In this document: positions 6,886-16,465 of the stretch, piece after piece | Layout of the letters: each line of letters starts with the position of its first letter | Position numbering within the stretch: position 1 is the first letter of the stretch | Assembly: GCA_037441705.1 (NCBI GenBank) | Contig: JBBIRR010000047.1 | Span: forward strand, 1-28,668 | Reading direction: 5' to 3' | DNA: 28,668 nucleotides | Origin: Ignavibacteriales bacterium | GTDB taxonomy: Bacteria; Bacteroidota; Ignavibacteria; UBA10030; UBA6906 | Made by a program: the position numbers and the translations under genes | Notes under the pieces: generated by a model | Database searches by the model: none | Seen by the model: the letters and a program-made list of their open reading frames with translations, nothing else | Told to the model about the DNA's origin: nothing

Positions 6886-8130
6886 TTGCCGACTTTCAAA
6901 CGCATACTTGCAGAGGTCATTCGCTCACGCGCAATTCCGCCACGACAACTTCAGCCGGGCGAATGCCAATCACCGACCGGCCAACGCTGCGGGCTGTGTT
7001 ACGCCGTCGCGCTCGACTACGAATCGGAAATCGCAGCAAAACAGCAGGCGCTGCAGCAGTTCTGGCACTCGCTCAGAATCCCTTCCACACTCAAGCCGCT
7101 GATCGCGTCTCCGCTCGGCAGGAACTATCGCACGACGACCAAACGTCGCGCGTTCTTCTCTCGTGACTCCGTCCGGCTCGGCCTCATCAATCCCGATGAA
7201 GAAGGCAGGCTGCACCCCCTTCCCGTCGAGCAATGCGCTATCGAGCCTGTGCGGCATTGCGCAATCTACAACCGCATTCAGGAAACCATCGCAAAACCCT
7301 ATGCGAGAAAGCTCGCGCAGCACTTGAACTACGTCGTCATCAAAGGAAACTATCACGAAGAGACGATCATCTTGAACATCAACGATCTCTCTCCGGAGGT
7401 GGTGCGCGCAGCAAACACGCTCTCGAAATCGCTCACACGCTCGTTCAGCACGATTATCGGCATGTTCCTGTACGAAGATGTTTCTCGTCCACAGTATTAT
7501 TTAGGTTCGCAATCGAGAGCGGGAAGGCTGCCGTTCAGAAAGCTGTTCGGCAAAGCGACGGTGTTTCATCGGGTGGCGGGACGAAGCTTCCTCTTCTCGC
7601 CTCTCTCGTTCTCGCAGGTCAATCAGTCTATTCTCGATCAGACGATTGATACCGCGCGAACACTCCTGAAGCCGTCGAAGGAGCAAAGGCTGTTCGATCT
7701 GTACTGCGGATACGGATTGTTCGCTTTGTGTCTTGCAGGCGAATGCAAAGCGGTTGTCGGTGCCGAGGTTTCAGCCGCTTCGGTTGCTTCCGCTGTGGCC
7801 AATGCACGCCGGCAGAACGTGGCCAACGCGCGCTTCATGCTCACCGACATCAACGAGCAAACCATCGAGCGAATCATGCACACGACTCGGCCCGACGATC
7901 TCGTTCTTCTTGATCCGCCACGCAACGGAACCGCCGACGGCGTCATTGAGCACATTGCCGCACGACGTCCGGCGCGGGTCGTTCACATCTTTTGTGAAAT
8001 CGATCTCCTGCCCAAGGAGCTGAAGCGCTGGAAAGAATCGGGGTACCGACCAACACGTGCCGTTCCGTTGGACATGTTTCCCGGGACTGCAGGCGTGGAA
8101 ACGATGGTGGCACTGGAGCCGATGGCGTAA
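6886..8130 (+). CDS. RNA (uracil-C5)-methyltransferase, RlmD/TrmA family
   Basis: FSQVN, DLYCGYG, LDPPR, catalytic Cys in HIFC, DMFPGT..VE; Cys cluster CQSPTGQRCGLC. TTG start. Confidence 0.88.
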   Translation: MPTFKRILAEVIRSRAIPPRQLQPGECQSPTGQRCGLCYAVALDYESEIAAKQQALQQFWHSLRIPSTLKPLIASPLGRNYRTTTKRRAFFSRDSVRLGLINPDEEGRLHPLPVEQCAIEPVRHCAIYNRIQETIAKPYARKLAQHLNYVVIKGNYHEETIILNINDLSPEVVRAANTLSKSLTRSFSTIIGMFLYEDVSRPQYYLGSQSRAGRLPFRKLFGKATVFHRVAGRSFLFSPLSFSQVNQSILDQTIDTARTLLKPSKEQRLFDLYCGYGLFALCLAGECKAVVGAEVSAASVASAVANARRQNVANARFMLTDINEQTIERIMHTTRPDDLVLLDPPRNGTADGVIEHIAARRPARVVHIFCEIDLLPKELKRWKESGYRPTRAVPLDMFPGTAGVETMVALEPMA

Positions 8131-8260
8131 GCATCACCGTGTCGGTCCTGCCGATCGGCACACAACGCTTCGGTCGGGCGCGGTGAAGTACAGGCAATCG
8201 TTGAAACTCGTTCTGCATGCTGCTCCATGCTGCCCCACTCCACCGCCCCGAATGGACTTG

Positions 8261-8674
8261 CTATCGCCAAACTGCGAGAAGGCCTCCCATCAACAGCATG
8301 CTCACCAGATTGTATCCCATGTTCAAAACGTACAACCCCTGCTTCACGCCCTGAAACGTCACGGACTGATACGCCGTCGTGACGACCAAACCCACCCACA
8401 ATGCAAAGCCGATCTTCATTCCCTGGAGGAACGACATCGAGAGCGTGTAGTGAACAAAGTAGTCCATCACGTACGCCATGATGATGCACATGACGAACGT
8501 AACGCCGTACGTCTTTGCTGGATTGAAGTTCTTCCTGAGTTCCTCTTCCGTCGTACCCATCAGCGCAAGCCACTTCTTCGCGAAGAGAAGATTGGAGTAC
8601 CAAAGTCCTCCCACAACCATCGGAATGATCGCTGCAACCAGAATTGCAAGCCAGTTGATTCCTTCGTGAGGCAT
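8261..8674 (-). CDS. DUF1761-like membrane protein
   Basis: INWLAILVAA...GGLWYS..FAKKW signature, four TM segments; GGGAG SD before ATG 8674. Confidence 0.85.
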   Translation of the reverse strand: MPHEGINWLAILVAAIIPMVVGGLWYSNLLFAKKWLALMGTTEEELRKNFNPAKTYGVTFVMCIIMAYVMDYFVHYTLSMSFLQGMKIGFALWVGLVVTTAYQSVTFQGVKQGLYVLNMGYNLVSMLLMGGLLAVWR

Positions 8675-8729
8675 GGTGATTCTCCCTGGATTGTTCGTGG
8701 ATAGATGATGCTGCGACGCTGCGAACACA

Positions 8730-9206
8730 TCAGCGGCGGCGCTTGCGGGTTGCCTTCTTGCGCGCGGCAGGTTTTCTCCTTGCGGACTTCCGTGCGCGCA
8801 CTGCCCGTGCTTTCTTCGGCTGAGCTTTCGGCTTGGGTTTCGGTTCTTCCCCCTTCACCAATCCGATGATGTTCCCATCGGGATCGCGGAAGAGCGCGAA
8901 GGTTACCATGTTGGGTATCTCCGTCGGCGGTGCCACGACGCTTCCTCCGAGGGCGGTTATCTGATCGAGCGTTGCCTGCAGATCGCTGACCTGCACATAG
9001 AACGTCACCGGCGGCGGCGACATCGGCTGGCTCGGATCATTCTGCCCGATCCCGCCATTGGCTCCCAACGCGCTGCCCGTGTTGACCAATCCGTAATTCA
9101 TCGGATTGTTCGCATTCACCTCCCAACCAAACACCTTCGAGTAGAACTCGTGTAGCCGCTGCGCGTTGTTGGAATTGATCTCCCAGTGAACTACTGGCGC
9201 TCCCAT
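8730..9206 (-). CDS. VOC/glyoxalase family protein with Lys/Arg-rich tail
   Basis: VVHWEI...FYSKVFGW, FYVQV, FRDPDGNIIGL; AAAGGAG SD before ATG 9206. Confidence 0.9.
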   Translation of the reverse strand: MGAPVVHWEINSNNAQRLHEFYSKVFGWEVNANNPMNYGLVNTGSALGANGGIGQNDPSQPMSPPPVTFYVQVSDLQATLDQITALGGSVVAPPTEIPNMVTFALFRDPDGNIIGLVKGEEPKPKPKAQPKKARAVRARKSARRKPAARKKATRKRRR

Positions 9207-9388
9207 GAGTGAACTCCTTTTGAATGTGGTTGATGATGAGTTAAGGAAGTCGTGTGTGAAGCAGGATATGATGGTTCGATGGTACCCCCGTTGCCGTCTT
9301 GTGAGCCGGCGTTCATGTGTGGGACTTCCGGTGCAACAGACAAACGAAGAGCATTGAAGGTTGTCGAGAGATGTAAAACGCTCAGGCA

Positions 9389-9417
9389 ATAATACGAAGT
9401 TCACGTCTGCTTAGCAA
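9389..9417 (-). promoter_or_regulatory. Putative sigma70 promoter of the VOC-DUF1761 operon
   Basis: TTGCTA-N17-TATTAT. Confidence 0.5.
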
Positions 9418-9546
9418 GTCTCTGATGACCGAATGGACGACATGCCTGCCGCCGAATGAGAGTTCGTGCGCTGATGCGAGAGTTTTAATGCTCAGGGAGG
9501 TGTTGGGGTAACCGACGATGCGCAGGAGTGAGCCGAACGGTTGCAG

Positions 9547-10380
9547 TTACAGGCGCGGCGTCCCGACCATATAGATCTCGCCGGTCGGCTGCGGCATCCC
9601 GCCTTTCGGCTCGAGTGTAACGGCAAACGCGGCAATCTCTTTCGGATTGGTCACAGCGAGACTGTCAATGCGGAAAAAGCTGGCAGCCGTATCGTGCACA
9701 GCAAACACGCCGGCACTGATTTTTTTCCTTTCCTGAATGATCCAGAGCTGATAATCTTTGGTTTCGGGAACGGCCGGAAGGTTCGAGACGTGCAAGATGG
9801 CGCTCCGGCGGTCGGGGTCCCAGATGATTTTTCCGTAGGCCACGGGATTGACCGCCGACCCGCTCATGAGAGAAATGTGAATCTCCTTTGCGGAAAGCAC
9901 CCTGAGTTGTTCCTCTTTTCGCGTCAGCTCGTCTTCAAGGGCAACAAGCCGGGTCTGAAGCTGTGCCTTTTCCTCACGCAGCGCACTCAGTTCGGTGTTC
10001 TGCCGATCAACGACGCGCAGAATCTGAAGTACAAACAGCGCAAAGACGGCCGCCATCGCCACAGCCGCGGCAATGCCCCACGGCACCCAGCTCTGCTTCC
10101 GCATGACCGGCGGTCGTTCTTCCGCGCGTCGACGCACAGCTTCATGCGCGCGGGCGCTGAACGCTATCTTCTTCAGAAGCTGTTCCTTGAGTCGCGCAGG
10201 CGGAGCTTTCCGTTCCAGCGTCAGCGGCAGCAGCGAAGCCGTGCCCGTCAGCTCGCCGAGCAGTCGCTGTTCCTCCGGCGATGCATCACGCATGTAGGTT
10301 TCGAACCGACGGAGGTCCTCTCCTTCCAAAGCCCCCAACGCGTACAACGAGCAGTATTGTATGAATTCTTCCCTGTCCAC
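9547..10380 (-). CDS. Anti-sigma factor, RskA-like
   Basis: YALGAL N-terminus, single TM, coiled coil, C-terminal YQLW...FAVTLEPKGG.PQPTG; overlaps the sigma factor stop. Confidence 0.9.
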   Translation of the reverse strand: MDREEFIQYCSLYALGALEGEDLRRFETYMRDASPEEQRLLGELTGTASLLPLTLERKAPPARLKEQLLKKIAFSARAHEAVRRRAEERPPVMRKQSWVPWGIAAAVAMAAVFALFVLQILRVVDRQNTELSALREEKAQLQTRLVALEDELTRKEEQLRVLSAKEIHISLMSGSAVNPVAYGKIIWDPDRRSAILHVSNLPAVPETKDYQLWIIQERKKISAGVFAVHDTAASFFRIDSLAVTNPKEIAAFAVTLEPKGGMPQPTGEIYMVGTPRL

Positions 10381-11003
10381 TACCGCAGTCGTTCTTGTAA
10401 AATATCCCGCAGCTTCATCAATCCCTGCCGCATCCGGGTCTTCACCGTTCCCAACGGAATGTTCAATCGCCCGGCGATTTGCTCTTGCGTGTAGCCCTCG
10501 TAGTAGCTCAGTTCGATCACCTGGCGCTGATCGTCGCTCAGGCTCATCAGTGCCGAGCGCATCATGCCGTCGTACTCGGCGCCGATGGCGACGTTCAGAG
10601 GATTCGCCATGTAGGCCGCATCGGGAATCGTTCCTGCCGTGTCCTCGTCGATCCGCTCACGCCGGTTCATCATCTCCCTGGAGCGAAGACGATCGATCGC
10701 TTTGCGCCGTGTAATGGTTACGATCCAGGTGTACACACTTCCTTTTTCTTCATTGAACAATAACACTTTGTTCCAGACGGTCAGGAAAATCTCCTGCACT
10801 ACATCTTCGGCCTCCGCCGTCTCCTGTACAATCCTCACCACCATCGAGAACACAAGAGGAGCGTAGCGATCATACAGCTCCGCAAATGCCGCCTGGTCGC
10901 CGTTCTTCACACGCAGCAGCAGGCGAAGATCTTCCTCATTGCGCAGAGGGGACTGCGCAATCATCGCCAGAAGGATTACCACATCGTTGAAGAACAGACT
11001 CAT
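10380..11003 (-). CDS. ECF sigma factor (SigK-like)
   Basis: AEDVVQEIF, WIVTITRRKAIDRLR, YYEGYTQEQIA...PLGTVKTR. Start may be 10964. Confidence 0.92.
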   Translation of the reverse strand: MSLFFNDVVILLAMIAQSPLRNEEDLRLLLRVKNGDQAAFAELYDRYAPLVFSMVVRIVQETAEAEDVVQEIFLTVWNKVLLFNEEKGSVYTWIVTITRRKAIDRLRSREMMNRRERIDEDTAGTIPDAAYMANPLNVAIGAEYDGMMRSALMSLSDDQRQVIELSYYEGYTQEQIAGRLNIPLGTVKTRMRQGLMKLRDILQERLR

Positions 11004-11018
11004 GTGCTGCTCTCATGA

Positions 11019-11044
11019 TACGAAAGGAACGACGGGATCGGATT
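11019..11044 (-). promoter_or_regulatory. Putative ECF-type autoregulatory promoter
   Basis: AATCC-N17-CGTA just upstream of the sigma gene, resembling ATCC/CGTA promoters of SigK-like ECFs. Confidence 0.45.
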
Positions 11045-11094
11045 ATCGCCAGGACCTGCACTGTGCTGCGTAGAACACTGCGCGGCGGCTCGCA

Positions 11095-12282
11095 CTACGG
11101 CAGATAGAAGCCCGCGGAGCTTCCGACCCAGGCCATATTCTTGTTATGATCTACCCCCATCATCTTTCCTCTGCCCATGCGGACAAGGTTCGTCACCGGC
11201 GTGAGTTCATCGTTCCAGATGAACATGATGCGGACCTCTGCTTTTGTTCCGCCGTACGGAGTGTCGACGAACGAGCCGTACTCGACTCTTTCCTGAAGCA
11301 CATAGTTTTGTCGTTGGGCTTCGGGCACTGCGTCGAGTTGCGCGCGCGTCGGCCCGATGATCACGCCGCTGCCGGCAAACGAGAACAGCGGCTTCAACAC
11401 CCAGTTCTCCAGGTCGTCCGGCGGAGTCGTCATCTCATGGAGAAAGAATGTTCGGGGCACGAGTGCATGACGGATGAACGGAAGCGAGAATTTGCTGAGA
11501 CGGAAGAACCAGTTGGGATGGCCGGCCCATTCCACATCAAGCTCATCACGAAAACTGAACGGCAACTGAGCGCCGGTTCGCAGAAGCTCGTCGGCGATGG
11601 CGCGATTGTAGATCCGCCGAATGGGTGTCAACTCGCCATCGCGACGATAGAAGAGCTGCCTGCCGTTCTTTACCACGTCGCGGATATTGACCGTTTTGAT
11701 GCCGCAGAAGCGTTCGGTGAGCAGAAAGTCGGGACGGGTTTTCTGCTTCTCCGGATCCAGCTCCATCAAGACGACATGCTCGGGGTCGTGGCTGCCCAGC
11801 ACGGCACGGCGAAAGATCATCAGGTACTGCTCGAAGTCGAGGTCCCCCAAGAGAAAGCGACACTCACGCGGCAGCCCGAATGTTTCTTTGAAGAGGATGG
11901 ATTGGATCGGCTGAAACGCGAACAGCGTGGGAAAGCCCTGCAGCTCGATCAGGCGCGGGGCGAGCTTGCCGTCTGCCTCCTGCACGATCCCGAAGTCTAC
12001 GGCTACAAACAACGGATGAGAGGTTTCGTTGGGGACGTTGAACTGCGGCGGGATTGTGCGCGTGGCCTGCGCGTAGTAGTCGGGATTGTGTACAAGCTGC
12101 AGAATGATTTCCTGCCCCGCGGCAACCATCGTGTGCATCAGCGCCGTCGGAATGAAGACGGGCGTTTCTGAAACTCGAAACTCGATGTGCATCCCGCAGA
12201 CGGCATCGAGGCGTTTGAGGAAGAGCTGGTACTTCTGCTCGGAGAAGTTCTTGTTGAAGTATGTGCGGAGGTGGGGAAGCAT
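11095..12282 (-). CDS. Atypical (circularly permuted-type) ATP-grasp ligase
   Basis: VDFG...PRLIELQG, RRIYNR, WVLKPLFSFAGSGV, YVLQERV; context of other peptide ligases. Confidence 0.7.
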   Translation of the reverse strand: MLPHLRTYFNKNFSEQKYQLFLKRLDAVCGMHIEFRVSETPVFIPTALMHTMVAAGQEIILQLVHNPDYYAQATRTIPPQFNVPNETSHPLFVAVDFGIVQEADGKLAPRLIELQGFPTLFAFQPIQSILFKETFGLPRECRFLLGDLDFEQYLMIFRRAVLGSHDPEHVVLMELDPEKQKTRPDFLLTERFCGIKTVNIRDVVKNGRQLFYRRDGELTPIRRIYNRAIADELLRTGAQLPFSFRDELDVEWAGHPNWFFRLSKFSLPFIRHALVPRTFFLHEMTTPPDDLENWVLKPLFSFAGSGVIIGPTRAQLDAVPEAQRQNYVLQERVEYGSFVDTPYGGTKAEVRIMFIWNDELTPVTNLVRMGRGKMMGVDHNKNMAWVGSSAGFYLP

Positions 12283-12302
12283 GATGACTCTGAAGATCAG
12301 CC

Positions 12303-13322
12303 TTACCCAAAAAGAAATTCCCCCCGTTCCATCACCTGCACATCGTCAATCCAAATATCAAACTTTGTCCCCACAACATCAATGTGTGTGGACGACGTCC
12401 AGTCGGCGCCGGTGTGCTCGGCGTACGGATGACCGAAGGCAATGTGCACGCCCGGGATTTTCTCGTCCTGCAGGATATGCCCGATCACATGCTGAATCTG
12501 AATGTTGGTGCCGATCGCGAACTCGCCTACGCGGTCGCTGTTCTTGTCCGTATGGCAGTACTCCCAGAATTCGCGTTCCAACTCCTTGTTCGCACAGGCG
12601 GCGCTCAGCATGCGGCTGTTCTGGATTTCGATCGTGAGGGGCGTTGACCTCAAGTCACCGTACTTGCTGCACAGGTAATCTCCTACCACACCATCAACGA
12701 CGAATGTGCCGTTGAGGGTCTGCGGACAGGTGAAGACTTCGCCGCCCGGGAGGTTGCCCCATTTGTCCGGACTGATGATGCCGCTAGTCTTGAGCCACTT
12801 CAATCGGGGGTTGAATTCGGCAGTGATGTGCGTGCCTGAGGGCGTTGAGCACACAATGCGGTGTGCAACCCGGGCGAGGTTCCAGATGCGTGTGCTGATC
12901 TCGTCCACCTTCCTGAAATCTGCACGCATTCCCTCCATCATGATCTGGCGATTGATGTTGATCATGTGGGCATGACGGATGCGACGTTCGGTGATCACCC
13001 GGGTCAGTTGCATGCGTGTGCGCAGTTCGCCGGTTTGTCCCCACGCCGCATAGATGCTGACCTGACTCGAGGCAAGCTCGTCGAGAATCGGCTGAGGCAT
13101 GTCGGTATGCGGACGGGGACCGAAGTCTTCCAGCATGAATGTGGTGCACGGCGCGCCTGCCCGCGCAACTTCCTGTGAGAGGGCTGCAGCAATCTCCTGA
13201 GTCCGATCGTCCGTAATGATCGTGACTTTCTCGTCAGGCTTCACGCCGAGACACACATGCACGGCATTGTACGCGCCTTCCACCAAGTCTTCATCTACCG
13301 TTATGACGCCCATATTTTTCAT
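12303..13322 (-). CDS. Aminopeptidase, M29 (thermophilic metalloprotease)-like
   Basis: NLPGGEVF, GEFAIGTN, DEKIPGVHIAFG, HID. Start at 13322 or 13313, avoiding overlap with the upstream gene. Confidence 0.88.
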   Translation of the reverse strand: MKNMGVITVDEDLVEGAYNAVHVCLGVKPDEKVTIITDDRTQEIAAALSQEVARAGAPCTTFMLEDFGPRPHTDMPQPILDELASSQVSIYAAWGQTGELRTRMQLTRVITERRIRHAHMININRQIMMEGMRADFRKVDEISTRIWNLARVAHRIVCSTPSGTHITAEFNPRLKWLKTSGIISPDKWGNLPGGEVFTCPQTLNGTFVVDGVVGDYLCSKYGDLRSTPLTIEIQNSRMLSAACANKELEREFWEYCHTDKNSDRVGEFAIGTNIQIQHVIGHILQDEKIPGVHIAFGHPYAEHTGADWTSSTHIDVVGTKFDIWIDDVQVMERGEFLFG

Positions 13323-13327
13323 ACGTC

Positions 13328-14461
13328 TCACGCGTGCGCAGGGATGTCGAGTCCGACACACGTCTCTTCGATAATGTAATCGACGACGGCCTTTAGATCG
13401 TGTGTCCGCTCCCATACGCGCAACTGCCGCTCGGCTCCTGGTCCCATCTCCAGAATAGTGTGAATATACTTGATCTCTTCGCGGCTTCCTAATTCGTCGA
13501 CCACGTCATCAACGAACTGCAGCAGCTCGTGCATGAGGTCTTTCGCAGGAAGTTCGGCCTGTCTGCCGAAGTCGATGAGCTTGCCCTGAATGCCGTAGCG
13601 GCTTGCGCGCCACTTGTTTTCCATGATCAAGGCGCGACGGTAGAGGCGAAAGCCCATGTTGGCCGCGTAGAGGTTATACAGTTTCACGACGATCGCCTGC
13701 ATGAGCGCAGCGAGTGCCACGGTCTCGGCGGCGCGCATCGGAATGTCGCACACGCGAAACTCTAACGTGCCGAAAAACGGATGCGGGCGTATGTCCCACC
13801 AGATTTTCTTTGCGTTATCAATACAATTGGTCTTGATCAAGAGGTTCACGAAGCTCTCATACTCCCCGTAACTCTGGAAGTAGTCCGGGATGTTGGTGCG
13901 AGGAAACTTATCGAACACCTTGCACCGGTAGGACATCAAGCCGGTGTTGCGTCCCATCCAGAACGGCGAGTTGACCGAGAGAGCAAGAATGTGCGGAAGA
14001 AAGTATCGCGCGGCATTCATCAGATGGATCATCGCCTCACGATCCTCGATGCCGATGTGCACATGCAGCCCGAAGATGAGATTGGCGCGCGCCACCTGCT
14101 GCATGTCTTCGACGATCGTTTCGTACCGTTTATCGGGGAAAATGGCCTGACTATACCAATCGGCGAACGGGTGTGTGCCCGCAGCGGCAAGGCGAAGACC
14201 GTGTTCGCGCGCGAGCTGCACCATACTGCGGCGCAGTTCAAACACTTCCTCCTTCGCTTCTTTGATGTTCTTGCAAATACCCGTTCCCACTTCGACGACC
14301 GATTGATGCATCTCGGGCTTCACGCGCTCCTGCAGACGAAGTTTCCCCTTCGCAATGATTTCGGTATTGATATGCGAACGCAGATCGCGCGTCTCCGGGT
14401 CGACCGTCTGAAACTCCTCCTCAATGCCGAGCGTAAAACTTGGTCGCATGGCGGTACTCAT
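13328..14461 (-). CDS. ybdK: Carboxylate-amine ligase, YbdK/GCS2 family
   Basis: TLGIEEEFQ, GTHPF, FGLHVHIG, NSPFW, WWDIRPHP.FGTLEFRVCD, ENKWRASRYG. Confidence 0.93.
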   Translation of the reverse strand: MSTAMRPSFTLGIEEEFQTVDPETRDLRSHINTEIIAKGKLRLQERVKPEMHQSVVEVGTGICKNIKEAKEEVFELRRSMVQLAREHGLRLAAAGTHPFADWYSQAIFPDKRYETIVEDMQQVARANLIFGLHVHIGIEDREAMIHLMNAARYFLPHILALSVNSPFWMGRNTGLMSYRCKVFDKFPRTNIPDYFQSYGEYESFVNLLIKTNCIDNAKKIWWDIRPHPFFGTLEFRVCDIPMRAAETVALAALMQAIVVKLYNLYAANMGFRLYRRALIMENKWRASRYGIQGKLIDFGRQAELPAKDLMHELLQFVDDVVDELGSREEIKYIHTILEMGPGAERQLRVWERTHDLKAVVDYIIEETCVGLDIPAHA

Positions 14462-14524
14462 CCATTGTTGCTGACGGGGATCGGTTGCGTGTGCAATGCA
14501 AAAGGAAAGCGATAAACCTGAGGC

Positions 14525-14553
14525 ATGATAGAGAAAACCGCATCGAGAGTCAA
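14525..14553 (-). promoter_or_regulatory. Putative sigma70 promoter (copy 1)
   Basis: TTGACT-N17-TATCAT upstream of the YbdK-like gene. Confidence 0.7.
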
Positions 14554-14585
14554 GGAAGGTTGCTGCACGAAGACCATCCGCGATC

Positions 14586-15569
14586 CTAACGCTCCTTCTT
14601 CGCAGAAACTCTCGCTTTCTTTCCTACGGGTTCATCATCGCCGCCGTTGAGGAATCGCGCCCACCGATAGTCCTTCACCTGGCGGGTATTGGCAAGAGCT
14701 TTCTCGATGGCCATCTCGGCCATCGCATTCACAATCCATTCAAAGTTCTCGGCACCGACGGAGTAGTAGTCCGCATCGGGGGCCGGGTTGAGGAAGTCGA
14801 TGGCATACGGCACACCACCTCGCACCGCAAACTCAATCGTGTTCATGTCGTACCCGAGCGTTCGGCAAATGGTCAGACAATCGTTGACGATGCGCTGCTC
14901 AAGCTCCGGGTGAGGCGGAACGTTCGGCTTCACGTACCGATGCTCGAACGTTTGCTTCGGATCGTAGCGCATGATGTGAACCTTCTCCTGCCCGATGCAG
15001 TAGCAGCGGAAGTATTCTTCGAACTCGATGCCCTCCTGTAACGTCATCACGATGTCGCCTGTTTGATGATAATAATGGAAGAAATCGCCTTCATTATGCA
15101 CCTTGTACACATGCTTCCATCCCCCGCCGCTGTGCGGCTTGAGAAATGCCGGAAAGCCAACATAGTCGAACACCTCCTTCCATTCCAACGGATAACGCAA
15201 GTTCCGGAACGATTGCGACGTCGTCTCCGGGGGATGCTTGTAGGAGGGAAGCAACACAGTCCTGGGAATAGCCACACCGAGCTTCGACATCAAGGCGTAG
15301 TTGAAAAACTTGTCATCGGCACTCCACCAGAACGGGTTATTGATGACGGTCGTTCCGCCGATCATCGCGTTCTTCAGGAAGGAACGGTAGTAGGGGACAT
15401 CCTGCGAGATACGATCGATGATCACGTCGTACTTTGCAGGCTGCGCCATAAACGTGACGCCTACTTCCACAGCCTCTGCGACGACGCCGCGATTCATTGC
15501 GTTGATGCGTTCGACGAGGGCGCCGGGAAACGTGTTTTCCATGCCGAACAGAATGCCGACGCGCTTCAT
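14586..15569 (-). CDS. ATP-grasp ligase (RimK/glutathione synthetase-like)
   Basis: INNPFWWSADDKF, FPAFLKPHSGGGW, LQEGI, YAIDFLNPAPD. Confidence 0.88.
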   Translation of the reverse strand: MKRVGILFGMENTFPGALVERINAMNRGVVAEAVEVGVTFMAQPAKYDVIIDRISQDVPYYRSFLKNAMIGGTTVINNPFWWSADDKFFNYALMSKLGVAIPRTVLLPSYKHPPETTSQSFRNLRYPLEWKEVFDYVGFPAFLKPHSGGGWKHVYKVHNEGDFFHYYHQTGDIVMTLQEGIEFEEYFRCYCIGQEKVHIMRYDPKQTFEHRYVKPNVPPHPELEQRIVNDCLTICRTLGYDMNTIEFAVRGGVPYAIDFLNPAPDADYYSVGAENFEWIVNAMAEMAIEKALANTRQVKDYRWARFLNGGDDEPVGKKARVSAKKER

Positions 15570-15626
15570 ACGTAACTCCGGTTATCGTGATTGGGTGATC
15601 AGGGACACGAGGTACAGGGTGCTTCC

Positions 15627-15655
15627 ATGATAGAGAAAACCGTCGCGAGAGTCAA
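15627..15655 (-). promoter_or_regulatory. Putative sigma70 promoter (copy 2)
   Basis: TTGACT-N17-TATCAT upstream of the ATP-grasp gene; 28/31 identical to copy 1. Confidence 0.7.
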
Positions 15656-15692
15656 GCAACGGAGCTGGAGCAAGATGAAGTCTCGCGAACAC

Positions 15693-16016
15693 TCACGCGG
15701 CATCTTCCACGACGACGGCCGTTCCGTACACAAGAATCTCCGCCGCGTTGGCCATGATGTAGCTGGTAGAGAAGCGCACGTTCACAATGGCATTGCCGCC
15801 GAGCGCTGTCGCCTCTGCGATCATGCGATCGATGGACTGCTCACGAGCCTCGGCGAGCAGCTTGGTGTACTCTTCGATCTCGCCGCCGACCATGTTCTTC
15901 AGGACGGCCAGAATATCCTTGCCGATGTGGCGGGCACGGACGGTATTGCCGCGGACGATGCCGAGCGTTCGAACAATGCGTTTACCTGCAATATCGCTTG
16001 CGGTTGTAACGATCAT
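15693..16016 (-). CDS. YbjQ (UPF0145) family protein
   Basis: MIVTT...LGIVRG...GGEIEEYTKLL..ARE...YGTAV. Confidence 0.93.
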   Translation of the reverse strand: MIVTTASDIAGKRIVRTLGIVRGNTVRARHIGKDILAVLKNMVGGEIEEYTKLLAEAREQSIDRMIAEATALGGNAIVNVRFSTSYIMANAAEILVYGTAVVVEDAA

Positions 16017-16465
16017 CGGATGACCTCTCTATACTTGTCGGATTTTCGTGCAAACCACTTCTCGCGGAAAACGGAGACGACCAGAACCGCAACGCCGAGC
16101 AGCAATGTCGCGATGCCGAGCTTGACCCAGCCGGGCATCGTTGCATCCGCAATCAGCGTGGCGAGGGCATGATACGCGGCGTAGGCCAGCACCACCGCAG
16201 CACCGATACTGACCAGCAGCCAGGCAAGCCCGCGCTCGATACGCGCGTACACTCCCGCCCAGTATCGGTCCCAGGTCTCCTCCGGCGGCTTTTTCAGTGT
16301 GAACCCCATGGTGACCTCCTTTAGTGATTGTTGTGCAGCAAACTCCTCCCGTAGAGCGCTATCGGTTCTGAGGAGTTCGTTCCATTCCACCTTCTCCTCG
16401 TCGGACAGTTCGCCGTCCACGGCTTTTGTCAGCAGCTGCTGCTGTCGTTCGGACAACACACTCAT
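16013..16465 (-). CDS. Putative anti-sigma factor with two TM helices
   Basis: DGELSDEE N-terminal motif, two TM segments, ATGA overlaps with both neighbours; start MSVLS at 16465. Confidence 0.75.
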   Translation of the reverse strand: MSVLSERQQQLLTKAVDGELSDEEKVEWNELLRTDSALREEFAAQQSLKEVTMGFTLKKPPEETWDRYWAGVYARIERGLAWLLVSIGAAVVLAYAAYHALATLIADATMPGWVKLGIATLLLGVAVLVVSVFREKWFARKSDKYREVIR

